Assembly: GCA_965242965.1 (NCBI GenBank)
Contig: OZ251518.1
Coordinates: 4,320,001 to 4,384,000 of the forward strand
Direction of reading: 5' to 3'
Source of the DNA: Candidatus Poribacteria bacterium
GTDB taxonomy: Bacteria; Poribacteria; WGA-4E; WGA-3G
DNA: 64,000 nt
Position 1 is the first letter of the stretch. Each line of letters opens with the position of its first letter. A model generated the notes under the pieces. The model was not told the DNA's origin, searched no databases, and worked only from the letters and a program-made list of their open reading frames with translations. Below, piece after piece: positions 9,447 through 20,173 of the stretch. Position numbers and translations under genes: made by a program.

Positions 9447-10724
9447 ATGAAGACACGTATTTTGAAAAACGGAGTGGCGATGCTCTTATGCCTACTCATC
9501 TTGACGCTCGCGGCGAACAGTTTCGCTGAAAACTGGCCCCAGTGGCGCGGACCGCGCAACGATGGAACGAGCCACGAAACCGACGCGCCTATTCACTGGA
9601 GCCGCACCGAAAATATCAAATGGCGTTTGCCGCTACCCGGCGAAGGTGCAGCGACACCGGTTGTCTGGGAAGACAAAATCTTCCTGACATCCGCCGAAGG
9701 TGAAGCACTCGTTCTGTTGTGCATTAGCACCGATGGGGAAGTCCTCTGGAAACGCACCTTAGGACACGGCAACCGTGTGGTGCGCGGCGGCGAAGGCAAC
9801 TTTGCCGCACCTTCCCCTGCTACCGATGGCGAACACGTTTGGACGTTCATCGGCAACGGTAACCTCACATGCCATGACGTTGAGGGAAACCAACTCTGGC
9901 AGACTAACCTGCAGGAACGCTACGGCACGTTCAACCTCTACTTTGTCATGTCAACCACGCCGCTGCTTGATAAGGACAGACTTTACATCCAACTTATCCA
10001 CAGCAACGCGTGGCTCGTCTTGGCACTTGACAAAACTACCGGTGACGAGATTTGGAAGCATCGCCGCGATAGCGATGCCACCGCTGAGTGCGAACAGGCA
10101 TATACTTCCCCGGTGCTCTATCGCGATGCTGAACGCGAGTTTCTCGTTGTGCACGGCGCAGATTACGTCACAGCGCATCGCCTGGAAGATGGCGGCGAAC
10201 TCTGGCGATGCGGCGGTTTGAATCCCGTCGCGAGTTACAACTATTCGCTCCGTTTCGTCGCTTCACCGGTTGCAACGGCGGGACTCATTGTTGTGCCTTC
10301 CGCGAAAAACGGACCGGTTTTGGGCATCAATCCAGGGGCACAAGGCGGTGACATTACCGACAGCCAGTGGCAAATCTGGAAACTTCCGCAAGGCACGCCG
10401 GATGTTCCCTCACCGCTCATCCACGAGGGGTTAGTCTATCTGTGCCGAGAAAACGGAGATTTGTTGTGCCTTGACGCGAAGACAGGCGAGCGGCTTTATC
10501 GAGAACGCACGCATCGGCATCGGCATCGGGCATCGCCGGTCTCCGCGAACGGGTTTATCTATCTGACTTCTCGCGATGGCGTTGTGAACGTTGTCAAGGC
10601 TGGACGTGATTTTGAAATTGTCGCCACGAATAAGATGGAGGAACCCATTGCGGCATCGCCGGTTATTGCGAATGGGACGCTTTATCTGCGAAGTTATGAC
10701 GCGCTTTACGCCATCGGTGAATAG
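9447..10724 (+). CDS. Secreted PQQ-binding-like (BamB-type) beta-propeller protein
   Basis: Signal peptide ending in SFA, ENWPQWRGP, repeated ..TG...W blades, ASPV. Confidence 0.9.
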   Translation: MKTRILKNGVAMLLCLLILTLAANSFAENWPQWRGPRNDGTSHETDAPIHWSRTENIKWRLPLPGEGAATPVVWEDKIFLTSAEGEALVLLCISTDGEVLWKRTLGHGNRVVRGGEGNFAAPSPATDGEHVWTFIGNGNLTCHDVEGNQLWQTNLQERYGTFNLYFVMSTTPLLDKDRLYIQLIHSNAWLVLALDKTTGDEIWKHRRDSDATAECEQAYTSPVLYRDAEREFLVVHGADYVTAHRLEDGGELWRCGGLNPVASYNYSLRFVASPVATAGLIVVPSAKNGPVLGINPGAQGGDITDSQWQIWKLPQGTPDVPSPLIHEGLVYLCRENGDLLCLDAKTGERLYRERTHRHRHRASPVSANGFIYLTSRDGVVNVVKAGRDFEIVATNKMEEPIAASPVIANGTLYLRSYDALYAIGE

Positions 10725-10786
10725 GCATGAAAGGGCAGGGCAGATTTCCATATCCCCCCGACACTCCAAGAGACGAGGAAACGCAA

Positions 10787-11167
10787 ATGCGTCCTTCACG
10801 TTCAGAAGTTGCCAAAATAGGGGAAGCACTCGCTGCGGCGCACCTTAAGGAAAAAGGGTATCACATCCTTGTGCAGAATTACCGCGCGTTCCGCGGCGAA
10901 ATTGACTTGGTGGCGAAGGACGGTAACCGCATCGTTTTTGTGGAAGTGAAAACGCGCCGCAGCCTCAAGTTTGGGCTTCCGCAAGAGTCCGTTACCCTTC
11001 GCAAACAGCAACAGATTTCCAAAATCGCTTTGGCGTATCTACAGGCGCGAGATTTGTTAAATGCCCCCTGCCGTTTTGATGTTATCGCGATTCGCCTGTC
11101 CTCCGGTTTGAAGTTGTTGCATCTTGAACACATCAAGAACGCTTTTGAGTTTCAAGAGGAAAAATAG
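10787..11167 (+). CDS. yraN: YraN (UPF0102) family nuclease
   Basis: GE..A..HL..KGY, GEIDLVAKD, VFVEVKTR, RFDVIAI. Confidence 0.93.
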   Translation: MRPSRSEVAKIGEALAAAHLKEKGYHILVQNYRAFRGEIDLVAKDGNRIVFVEVKTRRSLKFGLPQESVTLRKQQQISKIALAYLQARDLLNAPCRFDVIAIRLSSGLKLLHLEHIKNAFEFQEEK

Positions 11168-11197
11168 GGAAAACGCATTGCTCAGGACGCTTCCCCT

Positions 11198-11585
11198 TAC
11201 CGTAGGCGAAGGTCTGTAGTAGAAGAACTCCCCCTTACCGTAGGGCGAGGGCCTGTCCCTCGCCGTGCCTTGGGCGTATCAAGAAATGTTCTTATTCCCT
11301 TGAAATCGCGGGGGACAGGCCCCCGCGCTACGGTGCGAAACTCGGTTCCGTTTTCATTGCCATCTTACCGTAGGGCGAGGGCCTGTCCCTCGCCGTGCCC
11401 TGGACGTATCAAAAAATGTTCTTACTCCTTGAAATCGCGGGGGACAGGCCCCCGCGCTACGGTGCGAAACTCGGTTTCCGTAGGGCGTGGGCCTGTCCCT
11501 CGCCGCGCCCTGGACGTATCAAGAAATGTTCTTACTCCTTGAAATCGCGGGGACAAGCCCCGCGCTACGGCGAGAAACTCGGTTT
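11198..11585. repeat. Three tandem REP-doublet units
   Basis: GTAGGGCGAGGGCCTGTCCCTCGCC...CGCGGGGACAGGCCCCCGCGCTAC units starting near 11238, 11368 and 11478. Confidence 0.9.
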
Positions 11586-11643
11586 CCGTTTTCATTTTTT
11601 TCTCGTATCCTACCGCGCAAACACCCGCTAGGAACAACAAAAA

Positions 11644-12291
11644 ATGTGGTATACCAACAACCAATTCTGGACACCCCGCGCGTTATACCGCTGGGGACAC
11701 AGATTAACAACCCTCTTCTGTAAATGCATGGGACACCTTGAGGCACACGGCATTCAACACATCCCTCGCGAAGGCGGCGTGCTGCTCGTCTCAAACCATG
11801 TCAGTCTACTGGACCCGGTTATTGTCGGCTCCGCCGCGAGTCGTGAGGTTCACTACATGGCGCGGAGCAACGTTTTCAGCGTGCCGGGTTTAGGACAACT
11901 CATCTCTGCCTACAACGCGTATCCTGTAAACAGAGGCGCGCCGGATTTAGGCGCGCTCCGAAAAACTATCTCACTGCTGCAAGAAGGAAACGTGGTGCTG
12001 ATTTTTCCGGAAGGCACTCGCAGCGTTGATGGAACTTTAGGGAAGGCACACGATGGCGCGTGTTTCATCGCGCACCGTGCCGACGTGCCAACGCTGCCTG
12101 TCTACCATAGCGGCGCGGAACAGATGTTGCCGCGGGGGAGCAAACGCCTTCATCGCACACAACTGACTGTAACGTTTGGAAAGCCCATTAATTTTACAGG
12201 CCTAGACCGGTTTGATGTGCGCCGCGAGATGTATCAGCACATGGGCAGACAGATGATGGAAGCAATTGCGAATCTCAGGGATAACTTATGA
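11644..12291 (+). CDS. plsC: 1-acyl-sn-glycerol-3-phosphate acyltransferase
   Basis: NHVSLLD (HxxxxD), FPEGTRS. Confidence 0.9.
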   Translation: MWYTNNQFWTPRALYRWGHRLTTLFCKCMGHLEAHGIQHIPREGGVLLVSNHVSLLDPVIVGSAASREVHYMARSNVFSVPGLGQLISAYNAYPVNRGAPDLGALRKTISLLQEGNVVLIFPEGTRSVDGTLGKAHDGACFIAHRADVPTLPVYHSGAEQMLPRGSKRLHRTQLTVTFGKPINFTGLDRFDVRREMYQHMGRQMMEAIANLRDNL

Positions 12292-13392
12292 TGTCGGATT
12301 CGCCAAAATTACCAACACATCGCCATCTTGGACCTGGTATGTTTTCCCTTCTGCGCGGAGTTTACCCGTGCTGCGCGCCTGTTGAAAGCCGCCACACGCT
12401 GCCAACTCTTCCCAGTGGATTGTCTCGGCACGGATGAAGCCGCGGCCAAAATCGGTGTGAATGACGCTCGCCGCCTCGACCGCTGTCTGTCCCTGCCGCA
12501 GCGTCCACGCGCGGACCTCTTTCGGGCCCCCAGTAAAAAAGGTGATGAGCCCGAGCAATTGATATGAAGTCTGGATGAATCGTGTGAGTGCCGATTCGCC
12601 TAACCCCATCTCTTCCATGAAGACTTCCGCGTCTGCCTCGTCCAATTGCGCGATTTCCATCTCCAACTGCGCCGCAAGCACAATGATTGCCGTGCGCGGT
12701 TGCGCCGCAGCCTCAGCGAACTGTTCCGCAATCGCATCTGCCGCATCTAGTTGCACCTCGCCGATATTCAAGATATGCAGCAACGGCTTCAACGTCAAAA
12801 ACCCGTAACCTCGAATCAATTTTTCCTCGACAGCAGAAAAATCGAGGGAACGGAGAGGCGTGCCGCTCTCCAAAGTCTGCTGACACTTCTCTAAAATTTG
12901 CAGTTCGTTTTGCAGGGCAGCGGACTTTTGGTTCTGGTACTGCTTTCGGAGTCGGGTAAGCCTATCCTCGATTACCTGCAGGTCAGCGAAGGTGAACTCA
13001 AGCGCGACGATTTCCATGTCGCGTTCGGGGTTGACGTTTCCATCAACGTGCGGCACCGTTGCGTCTTCAAACAGGCGGACGACGTGCACGAGGGCATCGA
13101 CGGTGCGCAGTTCGGCGAGCAGTGTCGGCGGAAAAGTGCTCTCGCGTCGTTCAACTTCCAGCGGTTTTTTGGGGCCACCCGCGACATCAACGTAATTGAT
13201 TGTCGCCGGTGTTCCCTTTTTCGGTTTAAGCACTGCTACCAGCCGGTTCAAGCGATAGTCTGGGACAGCGATGGTGCTGAGGTTTGTCTGTTGGCGGCCC
13301 GTGTAACTCCCGGTCTCTGCCGTGGAGCGAACTAAGGCATTAAAAACAGTTGTTTTTCCAACATTCGGTCTTCCGACAATTCCTATTTTCAT
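12286..13392 (-). CDS. ychF: Redox-regulated ATPase YchF
   Basis: GIVGRPNVGKTT, HVVRLF, LGLITFFTGGPKEVRAW, IHTDFGRGFIRAE. Confidence 0.95.
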   Translation of the reverse strand: MKIGIVGRPNVGKTTVFNALVRSTAETGSYTGRQQTNLSTIAVPDYRLNRLVAVLKPKKGTPATINYVDVAGGPKKPLEVERRESTFPPTLLAELRTVDALVHVVRLFEDATVPHVDGNVNPERDMEIVALEFTFADLQVIEDRLTRLRKQYQNQKSAALQNELQILEKCQQTLESGTPLRSLDFSAVEEKLIRGYGFLTLKPLLHILNIGEVQLDAADAIAEQFAEAAAQPRTAIIVLAAQLEMEIAQLDEADAEVFMEEMGLGESALTRFIQTSYQLLGLITFFTGGPKEVRAWTLRQGQTAVEAASVIHTDFGRGFIRAETIHWEELAACGGFQQARSTGKLRAEGKTYQVQDGDVLVILANPTS

Positions 13393-13573
13393 ATTTTTGG
13401 TTTTGCGAGGGGCAGGCCCGCGCCCTACGGGATGTTTCGTGAGTTAGAAACGTTCGCGAGGGACAGGCCCTCGCGCGACGGTGAAACAGCGGTTTTGATT
13501 TGCGTTTGCGAGGGACAGACCTTCGCGCTGCGGTAAAACGGCAGTTCCGATTTTGCGGGATTTTCGATTTTGA

Positions 13574-13602
13574 TTGACACCGTTTGCTAAAAATGCTAAT
13601 CT
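13574..13602 (+). promoter_or_regulatory. Sigma70-like promoter
   Basis: TTGACA-17 bp-TAATCT with TG extension. Confidence 0.5.
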
Positions 13603-13702
13603 TATTGATAATAGATTAGGACTTACGTAAATGCCGAGTTCTGCCACCGACGGTATTTGTTCTGCATCTGTCCTACATATTTTAACGAGAGGTGACCGCG
13701 AC

Positions 13703-14083
13703 ATGACAACTCCGAATCGGAAGTGGATTACGAGAGGCTTAACTATCCTCTTAATGCTCATGGTATGCCTTGCGGTTTTGCAATGGTTTATCATCAAAGA
13801 ACTCTTCAGTTTCGGCGCGGACATGGTGAAGGACGCGCTGATAAAACAGGCTCCCGAAGGCGTAGCCCGTGCAGATATTGAGGAGACGTTTGAACGCGTC
13901 AAAACCGCCGGGCAGCAGCTGCCGTTTAGTTTCCTCACCGGGCGAATCAGCCTCGGGAAAATCAGAGACGTTGGCAACTACGCGCTGGAAGCGAATGCAG
14001 ATGAATTCTGGGACGCTGAGGAAATTAACACCCTCCTGCGGATGATGAACGCCTCCGTAGGGTTCAAAGGAAAGGTTGAATAA
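13703..14083 (+). CDS. Hypothetical protein with N-terminal TM anchor
   Basis: GAGGTG RBS before ATG 13703; hydrophobic helix; co-directional with the next gene. Confidence 0.7.
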   Translation: MTTPNRKWITRGLTILLMLMVCLAVLQWFIIKELFSFGADMVKDALIKQAPEGVARADIEETFERVKTAGQQLPFSFLTGRISLGKIRDVGNYALEANADEFWDAEEINTLLRMMNASVGFKGKVE

Positions 14084-14087
14084 CACG

Positions 14088-14840
14088 ATGCAACTCACGC
14101 CACCTTACGAAAAATTCGCCTACGCCTACGATAGGATGATGAAAAACGTCAACTACCCGCGCTGGGCGCGCTATCTCAAAGCTCTTTTTGAGAAAAACGA
14201 CAGCAAACCGCGCCGTATCCTCGACATCGCTTGCGGCACCGGCGCGCTCACCGTCCTACTCGCCACAAAAGGTTATGAGATGACCGGGGTGGACAGAGCC
14301 GCCGGCATGTTGCACATCGCACGCGAAAAGGCGGAAGCGCATGACGTGCAAGTCAACTTCCACCAAGGCGATATGCGCAACTTCCAACTCAACCAGCGGT
14401 TTGATGTCATTCTCTGCACCTACGATAGCATCAACTATGCCATCACCGAAGACGAACTCAGCAGCGTCTTTCAATGCGCTTCAGAACATCTGGAACCGGA
14501 CGGTTTGTTCATCTTTGACATCACGACAGAGCGGAACATCGTTGAGCATTTCCACAACAAGACCTTCGCCGAAAATCACGAGGACTACTCCTACATTTGG
14601 CGGAACAACTATTTCTATCACACCAAAATGTGCCGAACGCACCTGACCTTTTTTATTCGGGACGGCGCGGCTTTCCATCGGTTTGAAGAGATTCATCAGC
14701 AGAAAATGTTTGAGGTGGATACCGTCAAGGCTCTGCTCAAAGCCGCCGGCTACAAAACGCTGAGCATTTACGATATGTATACCTTCAATCGGTGGAACCG
14801 CTATTCGGATCGGATTAATTTTACGACGAGGCTAGCGTGA
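14088..14840 (+). CDS. Class I SAM-dependent methyltransferase
   Basis: ILDIACGTG, GDMRNF, FDVILCTYDSINY. Confidence 0.9.
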   Translation: MQLTPPYEKFAYAYDRMMKNVNYPRWARYLKALFEKNDSKPRRILDIACGTGALTVLLATKGYEMTGVDRAAGMLHIAREKAEAHDVQVNFHQGDMRNFQLNQRFDVILCTYDSINYAITEDELSSVFQCASEHLEPDGLFIFDITTERNIVEHFHNKTFAENHEDYSYIWRNNYFYHTKMCRTHLTFFIRDGAAFHRFEEIHQQKMFEVDTVKALLKAAGYKTLSIYDMYTFNRWNRYSDRINFTTRLA

Positions 14841-14859
14841 CAAGGAAACCCCCGGGCCC

Positions 14860-15128
14860 GTGGCGCGAGGGCCTGTCCCTCGCGCGCGCAACCGAAACCG
14901 CCGTTTCACCGTAGCGCGAGGGCCTGTCCCTCGCGCGCGAAAATCGGAAACGCCGTTTCCACCGTAGCGCGAGGGACAGGCCCTCGCGAATACAGAAGCC
15001 GCCGTTTTACCGTAGCGCGAGGGCCTGTCCCTCGCGAACGTTCATAACTCACGAAGAATCAAGACCAGGAGGTCTCTCCTACCTCGCGAACAAGGCATCC
15101 CGTAGCACGAGGGCCTGTCCCTCGCGAA
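14860..15128. repeat. Tandem GTAG-REP array (five GTAGCGCGAGGGCCTGTCCCTCGCG-type copies)
   Basis: Copies near 14860, 14911, 14964, 15012 and 15102 with mutually similar linkers. Confidence 0.9.
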
Positions 15129-15159
15129 CACGCAGGACTATGCAAATGAATCGGATCTG

Positions 15160-16212
15160 CTACAGCCCCTCAGCGAGCATATCGCCCACCTGTTCCGTGG
15201 TATAGCCCATGCGGCCGGCACCCAGGTCCTTAATCTTGCCACTTGCAAGCAGGTTGCTGATAGATTTCTCAACCGCCGCCGCCGATTCTGCCTGTCCGAG
15301 GTGCTCTAGCATCATCCCGGCTGCGCCGATTGCGGCGATGGGGTTAATCTGATTTTTGCCGGTATAGCGTGGGGCGGAGCCGTGAATCGGTTCAAACATC
15401 GCGACGCTCTCCGGGTTCAAATTGCCGGAGGCGGCGATGCCCATGCCGCCCTGAATCATCGCACCCAGGTCGGTGATAATATCGCCGAACATATTACACG
15501 TCACGATGACATCAAACCACTCCGGGTTTTTCACCATCCACATCGTCGTGGCATCGACGAGGGTGTGTTCCTTCTTAATATCGGGGAAATCCTCGCCGAC
15601 TTCGTGAAAGACGCGTTGCCAGAGATCATGCGCGAACGTCAGTACGTTCGTCTTATCGCAAAGCGTCAGCGTGTTTTCCTTGTTGCGTTTCCGGGTGAAC
15701 TCAAACGCGTAGCGGATGCAACGTTCCACGCCTTTGTAGGTGTTAATCATTTCCTGAATAGCGACTTCATCGCGGGTGCCGCGCTTGAGGAATCCGCCGA
15801 TGCCAGCGTATAACCCCTCGGTATTTTCACGGACGATGACGAAATCGATGTCCTCGGGGCCCTTGTCCTTGAGCGGCGTAGGCACACCCGGGTAGAGTTT
15901 CACAGGACGTAAATTGATGTAGAGATCGAGTTCAAACCGAACCTTGAGCAGAATGCCTTTCTCCAAAATGCCGGGTTGGACATCGGGATGTCCGATCGCG
16001 CCGAGGTAGATGGCATCGAGCCCGCGAAGCTCTTCTAATACCGACTCCGGTAGCACCTCGCCGGTTGCAAGATACCTGTCACCGCCGACATCGTATTCCA
16101 CGGTTTCGTATTGGAAGCCTGCCTGCGCGGCGGCCGCCCCGAAGACTTTCATCGCTTCGCGCGTCACTTCGGGGCCGATACCATCGCCAGGGATGAGGCC
16201 GATTTTATACAT
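15160..16212 (-). CDS. leuB: 3-isopropylmalate dehydrogenase
   Basis: [44 protein letters not shown]. Confidence 0.85.
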   Translation of the reverse strand: MYKIGLIPGDGIGPEVTREAMKVFGAAAAQAGFQYETVEYDVGGDRYLATGEVLPESVLEELRGLDAIYLGAIGHPDVQPGILEKGILLKVRFELDLYINLRPVKLYPGVPTPLKDKGPEDIDFVIVRENTEGLYAGIGGFLKRGTRDEVAIQEMINTYKGVERCIRYAFEFTRKRNKENTLTLCDKTNVLTFAHDLWQRVFHEVGEDFPDIKKEHTLVDATTMWMVKNPEWFDVIVTCNMFGDIITDLGAMIQGGMGIAASGNLNPESVAMFEPIHGSAPRYTGKNQINPIAAIGAAGMMLEHLGQAESAAAVEKSISNLLASGKIKDLGAGRMGYTTEQVGDMLAEGL

Positions 16213-16275
16213 AAAGTTCCTCCAAAACGGAATTAAAAGTCAAACGTCTTATATTTTACCACATCTGCACCGAGA

Positions 16276-17340
16276 TTGCAAAGGAAAAATTCCATTTTGA
16301 GCACCGAAACGCGCCTCAAAACCATTCTCAATACATTCCGCGATGTGCGCATCCTTGTCATCGGCGATTTTTATCTCGATGCCTATTGGCACATCGACAA
16401 AACGCGCTCCACTCTGTCGCTGGAAACGCCGTGGCATACCAACCCTGTCGTCGAGCAACGTTATAGTCCCGGCGCAGCAGGCACCGTCACGAATAATCTG
16501 AACGCTTTGGGAGTCGGCAAAATCTACACACTCGGCGTTATCGGGAAAGACGGGTTTGGACAGACTCTCCTGAACTGCCTGCGGGAAAAGGGATGCATCA
16601 CCGATTTCATGATTCAGGCACCTGAACGAGTGACACCTACCTATCTCAAGCCGATGCATCGCGGTTATGAAGGCGTGGAAAACGAAGGACCGCGGTTTGA
16701 TATTGAAAACCAAGTGCCGATGGCGGAAGCTGTTGAAAACCGCGTTATCAGCGCGCTTCACGAATGCTTGCCACGCGTCGATGCCGTTATCATCGGAGAT
16801 CAGATGCCGCACGAGAATTTGGGTGTGGTTACGACAAAGGTGAGAGAGACGCTTTGCGAACTTGCATTAGAGTTTCCGGAAAAGATCTTTTTCGCCGATT
16901 CCCGCACGCGCATCGGCGCATACCGCAACGTCATCGTGAAACCGAATCGGTTTGAGGCGATGCGCGCCGTTGAACCAGAGTGGAGTGGAGAATCTGTTGA
17001 CAGAGAAACGGCGGAACGATGCGCGCGCATCCTCGCGGAACGGACAGGAAAGCCTGTCTACGTGACGCTTGGTGCGGAGGGTATTCTCGTCTGTAATCAG
17101 GGGAAGATTACGCACATCCCCGGCATCCCCTTGGAGTGTGCGGCAGACCCGGTTGGCGCGGGAGATAGCGTCTCTGCAGGGCTCGTGGCGACGCTGTGTA
17201 CGACGCGCGGTTTGGACAGCGTGAATCTCGCCGCGTATGTCGGGAATCTCGTCGCGGCCATCACCGTCACTAAACTCGGCGAGACAGGGACAGCTTCACC
17301 CGAAGAAATCCTCCAACGCCATCGGAGTTTCAACCCATGA
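16276..17340 (+). CDS. PfkB/ribokinase-family kinase resembling the HldE kinase domain (start uncertain)
   Basis: ILVIGDFYLDAY, PGAAGTV..NL, VKPNRFE, DPVGAGD. Confidence 0.85.
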   Translation: MQRKNSILSTETRLKTILNTFRDVRILVIGDFYLDAYWHIDKTRSTLSLETPWHTNPVVEQRYSPGAAGTVTNNLNALGVGKIYTLGVIGKDGFGQTLLNCLREKGCITDFMIQAPERVTPTYLKPMHRGYEGVENEGPRFDIENQVPMAEAVENRVISALHECLPRVDAVIIGDQMPHENLGVVTTKVRETLCELALEFPEKIFFADSRTRIGAYRNVIVKPNRFEAMRAVEPEWSGESVDRETAERCARILAERTGKPVYVTLGAEGILVCNQGKITHIPGIPLECAADPVGAGDSVSAGLVATLCTTRGLDSVNLAAYVGNLVAAITVTKLGETGTASPEEILQRHRSFNP

Positions 17341-18110
17341 ACGTTTTTGATGCCATCACCCAACGCCGCAGCCATCGCGGCGATTTCCAGCAACGCGCCC
17401 TTGACGAGGCAGATATCGGGAAACTCATCGAAGCGGCGCGATGGGCACCCTCGCCGTTTAATGTCCAACCTTGGGATTTGCTCCTCATCCGAGAGCCCGA
17501 AGCGAAAACGCGCCTCGCCGAGTTGACAGAAACCGCCATCGTCGCGCAATTCAAAGACGCGAAATTTCTGGACGATAACAGCCGATGGATGCGCCTCACC
17601 GAGGCAGAATGGCAAGAACGCGGCGACGGCGTGCTCTTGACAGAACACGTCACGCTGCCGAAGTTTCTGCAAAGTTCACCGGAAAAGTTGAAACCGCTTT
17701 TAGACAACGCAAAATCGTTGAAGATTTTGGGACATTTAGGGGCGGGAAAAAAGCCTGCGAAAGAGATTGCGCAACAGGTGCGCGACGCGCCACTGCTGCT
17801 CTTAGTGACGATGGATTGCCAAAAACGTCCGCCGGGTGAGGGGGCAAAACGATGGATGTGGCTCAGCATCGGCATGCTGATTCAGAACTTACTCCTCGCC
17901 GCCACCGCGCTCGGTATCGGTGTGCAATTCGTGAGCGCGCCTTTGGAAAGCGAGGAGCATCGCGATAAAATCCGAGAACTTTTCAACCTGCCGGAACAGC
18001 ATGAGGTAATGACACTGCTCAGACTCGGTTACGTTGACAGAACCGGTGGGAATGCTGTCAGGTTGGAAGCATCGGATTTTGTGCATTTTGAGAGATACGG
18101 CGAGGGATAG
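17337..18110 (+). CDS. Nitroreductase family protein
   Basis: AITQRRSHR, ARWAPSPFNVQPW, QNLLLAATALGIG. Confidence 0.9.
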   Translation: MNVFDAITQRRSHRGDFQQRALDEADIGKLIEAARWAPSPFNVQPWDLLLIREPEAKTRLAELTETAIVAQFKDAKFLDDNSRWMRLTEAEWQERGDGVLLTEHVTLPKFLQSSPEKLKPLLDNAKSLKILGHLGAGKKPAKEIAQQVRDAPLLLLVTMDCQKRPPGEGAKRWMWLSIGMLIQNLLLAATALGIGVQFVSAPLESEEHRDKIRELFNLPEQHEVMTLLRLGYVDRTGGNAVRLEASDFVHFERYGEG

Positions 18111-18142
18111 ATTTTCCCTCGCCCTACGATGACGCGCGACAC

Positions 18143-18256
18143 CTAGCGATTCGCCAACAACTCTTTCAGTGCAGCTTTTTTCTTTTTCAGTCGCCGTTGC
18201 TGGCGTTGGCGAATCTGGGTCCGCCGGCGGACCTGGCCGCTTTTACTGCGTGGCAT
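18143..18256 (-). CDS. 37-aa highly basic small protein
   Basis: AAGGAGGTGA Shine-Dalgarno just upstream of ATG; MPRSKSGQVRRRTQIRQRQQRRLKKKKAALKELLANR. Confidence 0.75.
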   Translation of the reverse strand: MPRSKSGQVRRRTQIRQRQQRRLKKKKAALKELLANR

Positions 18257-18319
18257 AAGTTCACCTCCTTTGTGATAGAAATTCATATCCGTAGTTCGTG
18301 TTCCTGTCGGACAGTTCCC

Positions 18320-18762
18320 CCGGTCTCGATGCAATAGGGCGGCGAACCTCCCGGGGCCGCGATGGCAGAAAGCCCCCCTTCCTCGTAGGGCGAGGGCCCT
18401 CGGATGCCACACGCGCATCCGAGCGGGTTTCCCTCGCCATCGCCCGCGCGCCAGGTCCTGTAGGGCAAGATCGTCTGAAGCTCTGGCATTTGCCAAGCGA
18501 TCCTGAACTGTTTGTGATCAGGCGATCACAAACTACAGAGGAGGAAACACACATCATGACGATGGAGCTCGCGGGGGACAGGCCCCCGCGCTACGATAAA
18601 AAACGCCTCCCTCACCCCTCACCGTAGTGCGAGGGCCCTCGCATGCCACACGCGCATGCGAGAGGGTTTCCCTCGCCATCGTGCGTGCACGCGGAATCCA
18701 ACGCTCGCGGGGGACAGGCCCCCGCGCTACGGGAACCTCGAGACCAGGAGGTCTCTCCTACA
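18320..18762. repeat. Composite REP cluster related to the interior of element 20464..21003
   Basis: Shares GGTCTCGATGCAATAGGGCGGCG..GCAGAAAGCCCC and ATCACAAACTACAG..ACGATGGAGCTCGCGGGGGACAGG blocks. Confidence 0.85.
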
Positions 18763-18768
18763 GTTTCA

Positions 18769-20046
18769 TCAAGATTGAATGGTTTTGGCGAGATACATGA
18801 GAGCCTCTTCACACACCTCTTGAATCTCCTCCATCGCGACGATGAGTCCCTCTTCCGAACGGGCATGCAACTGAAGCCGCTCCTCAGTCAGCGTGATGTA
18901 GAGTTCGCGTTCAACATCAACAAATTCGATTTGCGTTTCTGTCTCTGCCGCGATGACGAAAGTTGCCGTGCCTTCAAAAATTTCACGTGTTGCCATCCCC
19001 TCGAAATTTTTATAGAGGGCGCGCGCGGCGAGTTCGTCTGGCGTAAAGGTCGGAATTGGTGGTTCTTCTTCCAGAGTGGGTTCAGGCTCTGGTTCAGGTG
19101 CCGGCTCCGGATCTTCTAGCTCCTCTGGCTCTTCGGGCTCCGCTGGCTCCTCTGGCTCTTCGCTAACAGGTTCCGGTTCAACCTCAACCGGCGGCGATTC
19201 AGGTTCTTCCGGTGCCTCTTCTTCGTCAGGCGTATCCGGCGTTTCCTCATCGTCCTCATTCGCGGGCGTTTCCCCCGCTGCCGCATCTGAGAAGAGGGAG
19301 AGCGAATCTGCGGAAGCATAGGATGCCGCGGACTCCGTTTCATACTCCAAGACATCAGAGAGGATCTCTTTCACGTCATCACGTCCCTCAAATGCGACAT
19401 CCGGCTCTTCCACTATCATCCGTAGCGTTTGGATGCCGATAGTTTGAATGAGCGGGTGGAACACCAGCATTTCTGTCGGTGCTACCTCAAAGAGCGAGCG
19501 TGCGACGAGTGCCACCTCCGCCATATCGCGATTGCCGATGAGTTTCAACCGCGTTTCGCATGCTGTCAACGCCTGTATCAGACGCTGCATGAATTCCGGT
19601 GTCACTAAGTGCGGCAGCACCTCCGTGCGGAAATGTTCGCAGGCGCGCTCCGCCTTCTGCATCTGCAAGTCCTGCTGTGAGAAGCTGTCCGGGCTGACTT
19701 GACTCTCTGGTGGAGTTTCCATCAGCACAAGCTCTTCTGACGCTTCCTCCGGAGAATCCGAAGGTGCCTCTTCTGCCGCGCTGTCCATCTCATAGTCCTC
19801 AAGGAGTTCTGTCACCCAGGTGTACATCAATTCAAAATCGAAGTGCACATTCTCCAATTCGGGTTCGTTGAGGAGTTCGCGGCTCTGCGAGATACAAGCG
19901 TGCAGCCGCTCCTTTTCCGATTTCTCGTAAGGGAGCCTGCGTTGCTTTTCTACGGCTATCTGTTTTTGACGTGATTTCCGGTCGCGATTGCGTTTTTCAC
20001 GCTTCCGCGCCACATTCGCGGACCGGCGCGCTTTTTTCTTTGCCAT
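18769..20046 (-). CDS. Hypothetical protein: basic N-terminus, long acidic E/P-rich linker
   Basis: 425-aa ORF, AGGA RBS, upstream promoter-like sequence. Confidence 0.8.
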   Translation of the reverse strand: MAKKKARRSANVARKREKRNRDRKSRQKQIAVEKQRRLPYEKSEKERLHACISQSRELLNEPELENVHFDFELMYTWVTELLEDYEMDSAAEEAPSDSPEEASEELVLMETPPESQVSPDSFSQQDLQMQKAERACEHFRTEVLPHLVTPEFMQRLIQALTACETRLKLIGNRDMAEVALVARSLFEVAPTEMLVFHPLIQTIGIQTLRMIVEEPDVAFEGRDDVKEILSDVLEYETESAASYASADSLSLFSDAAAGETPANEDDEETPDTPDEEEAPEEPESPPVEVEPEPVSEEPEEPAEPEEPEELEDPEPAPEPEPEPTLEEEPPIPTFTPDELAARALYKNFEGMATREIFEGTATFVIAAETETQIEFVDVERELYITLTEERLQLHARSEEGLIVAMEEIQEVCEEALMYLAKTIQS

Positions 20047-20173
20047 TGTCCTAATCTTTTTTTGCCTCGCCAGCGGCGAGAAATGCAGGCGGCGTTGAAT
20101 GACGGGGCCGCCCTTCAGTTATCTTTCTGGGACTTCAAACAAACTGTCATTTTAAAGTTTACCATCTTTTTAT

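Noticed and set aside
11270-11794. Short ORFs with RGTGPRAT / RARACPSP / VARGPVPR motifs here and in many other gaps
   Set aside because: They are translations of REP hairpins, not genes
14860-15128. Regularly spaced 25-bp palindromic repeats resembling a CRISPR array (also 48040-48215, 56030-56120)
   Set aside because: Linkers are short and similar to each other, the repeat is dispersed in both orientations across the window, it starts with GTAG like a REP, and no cas gene is present
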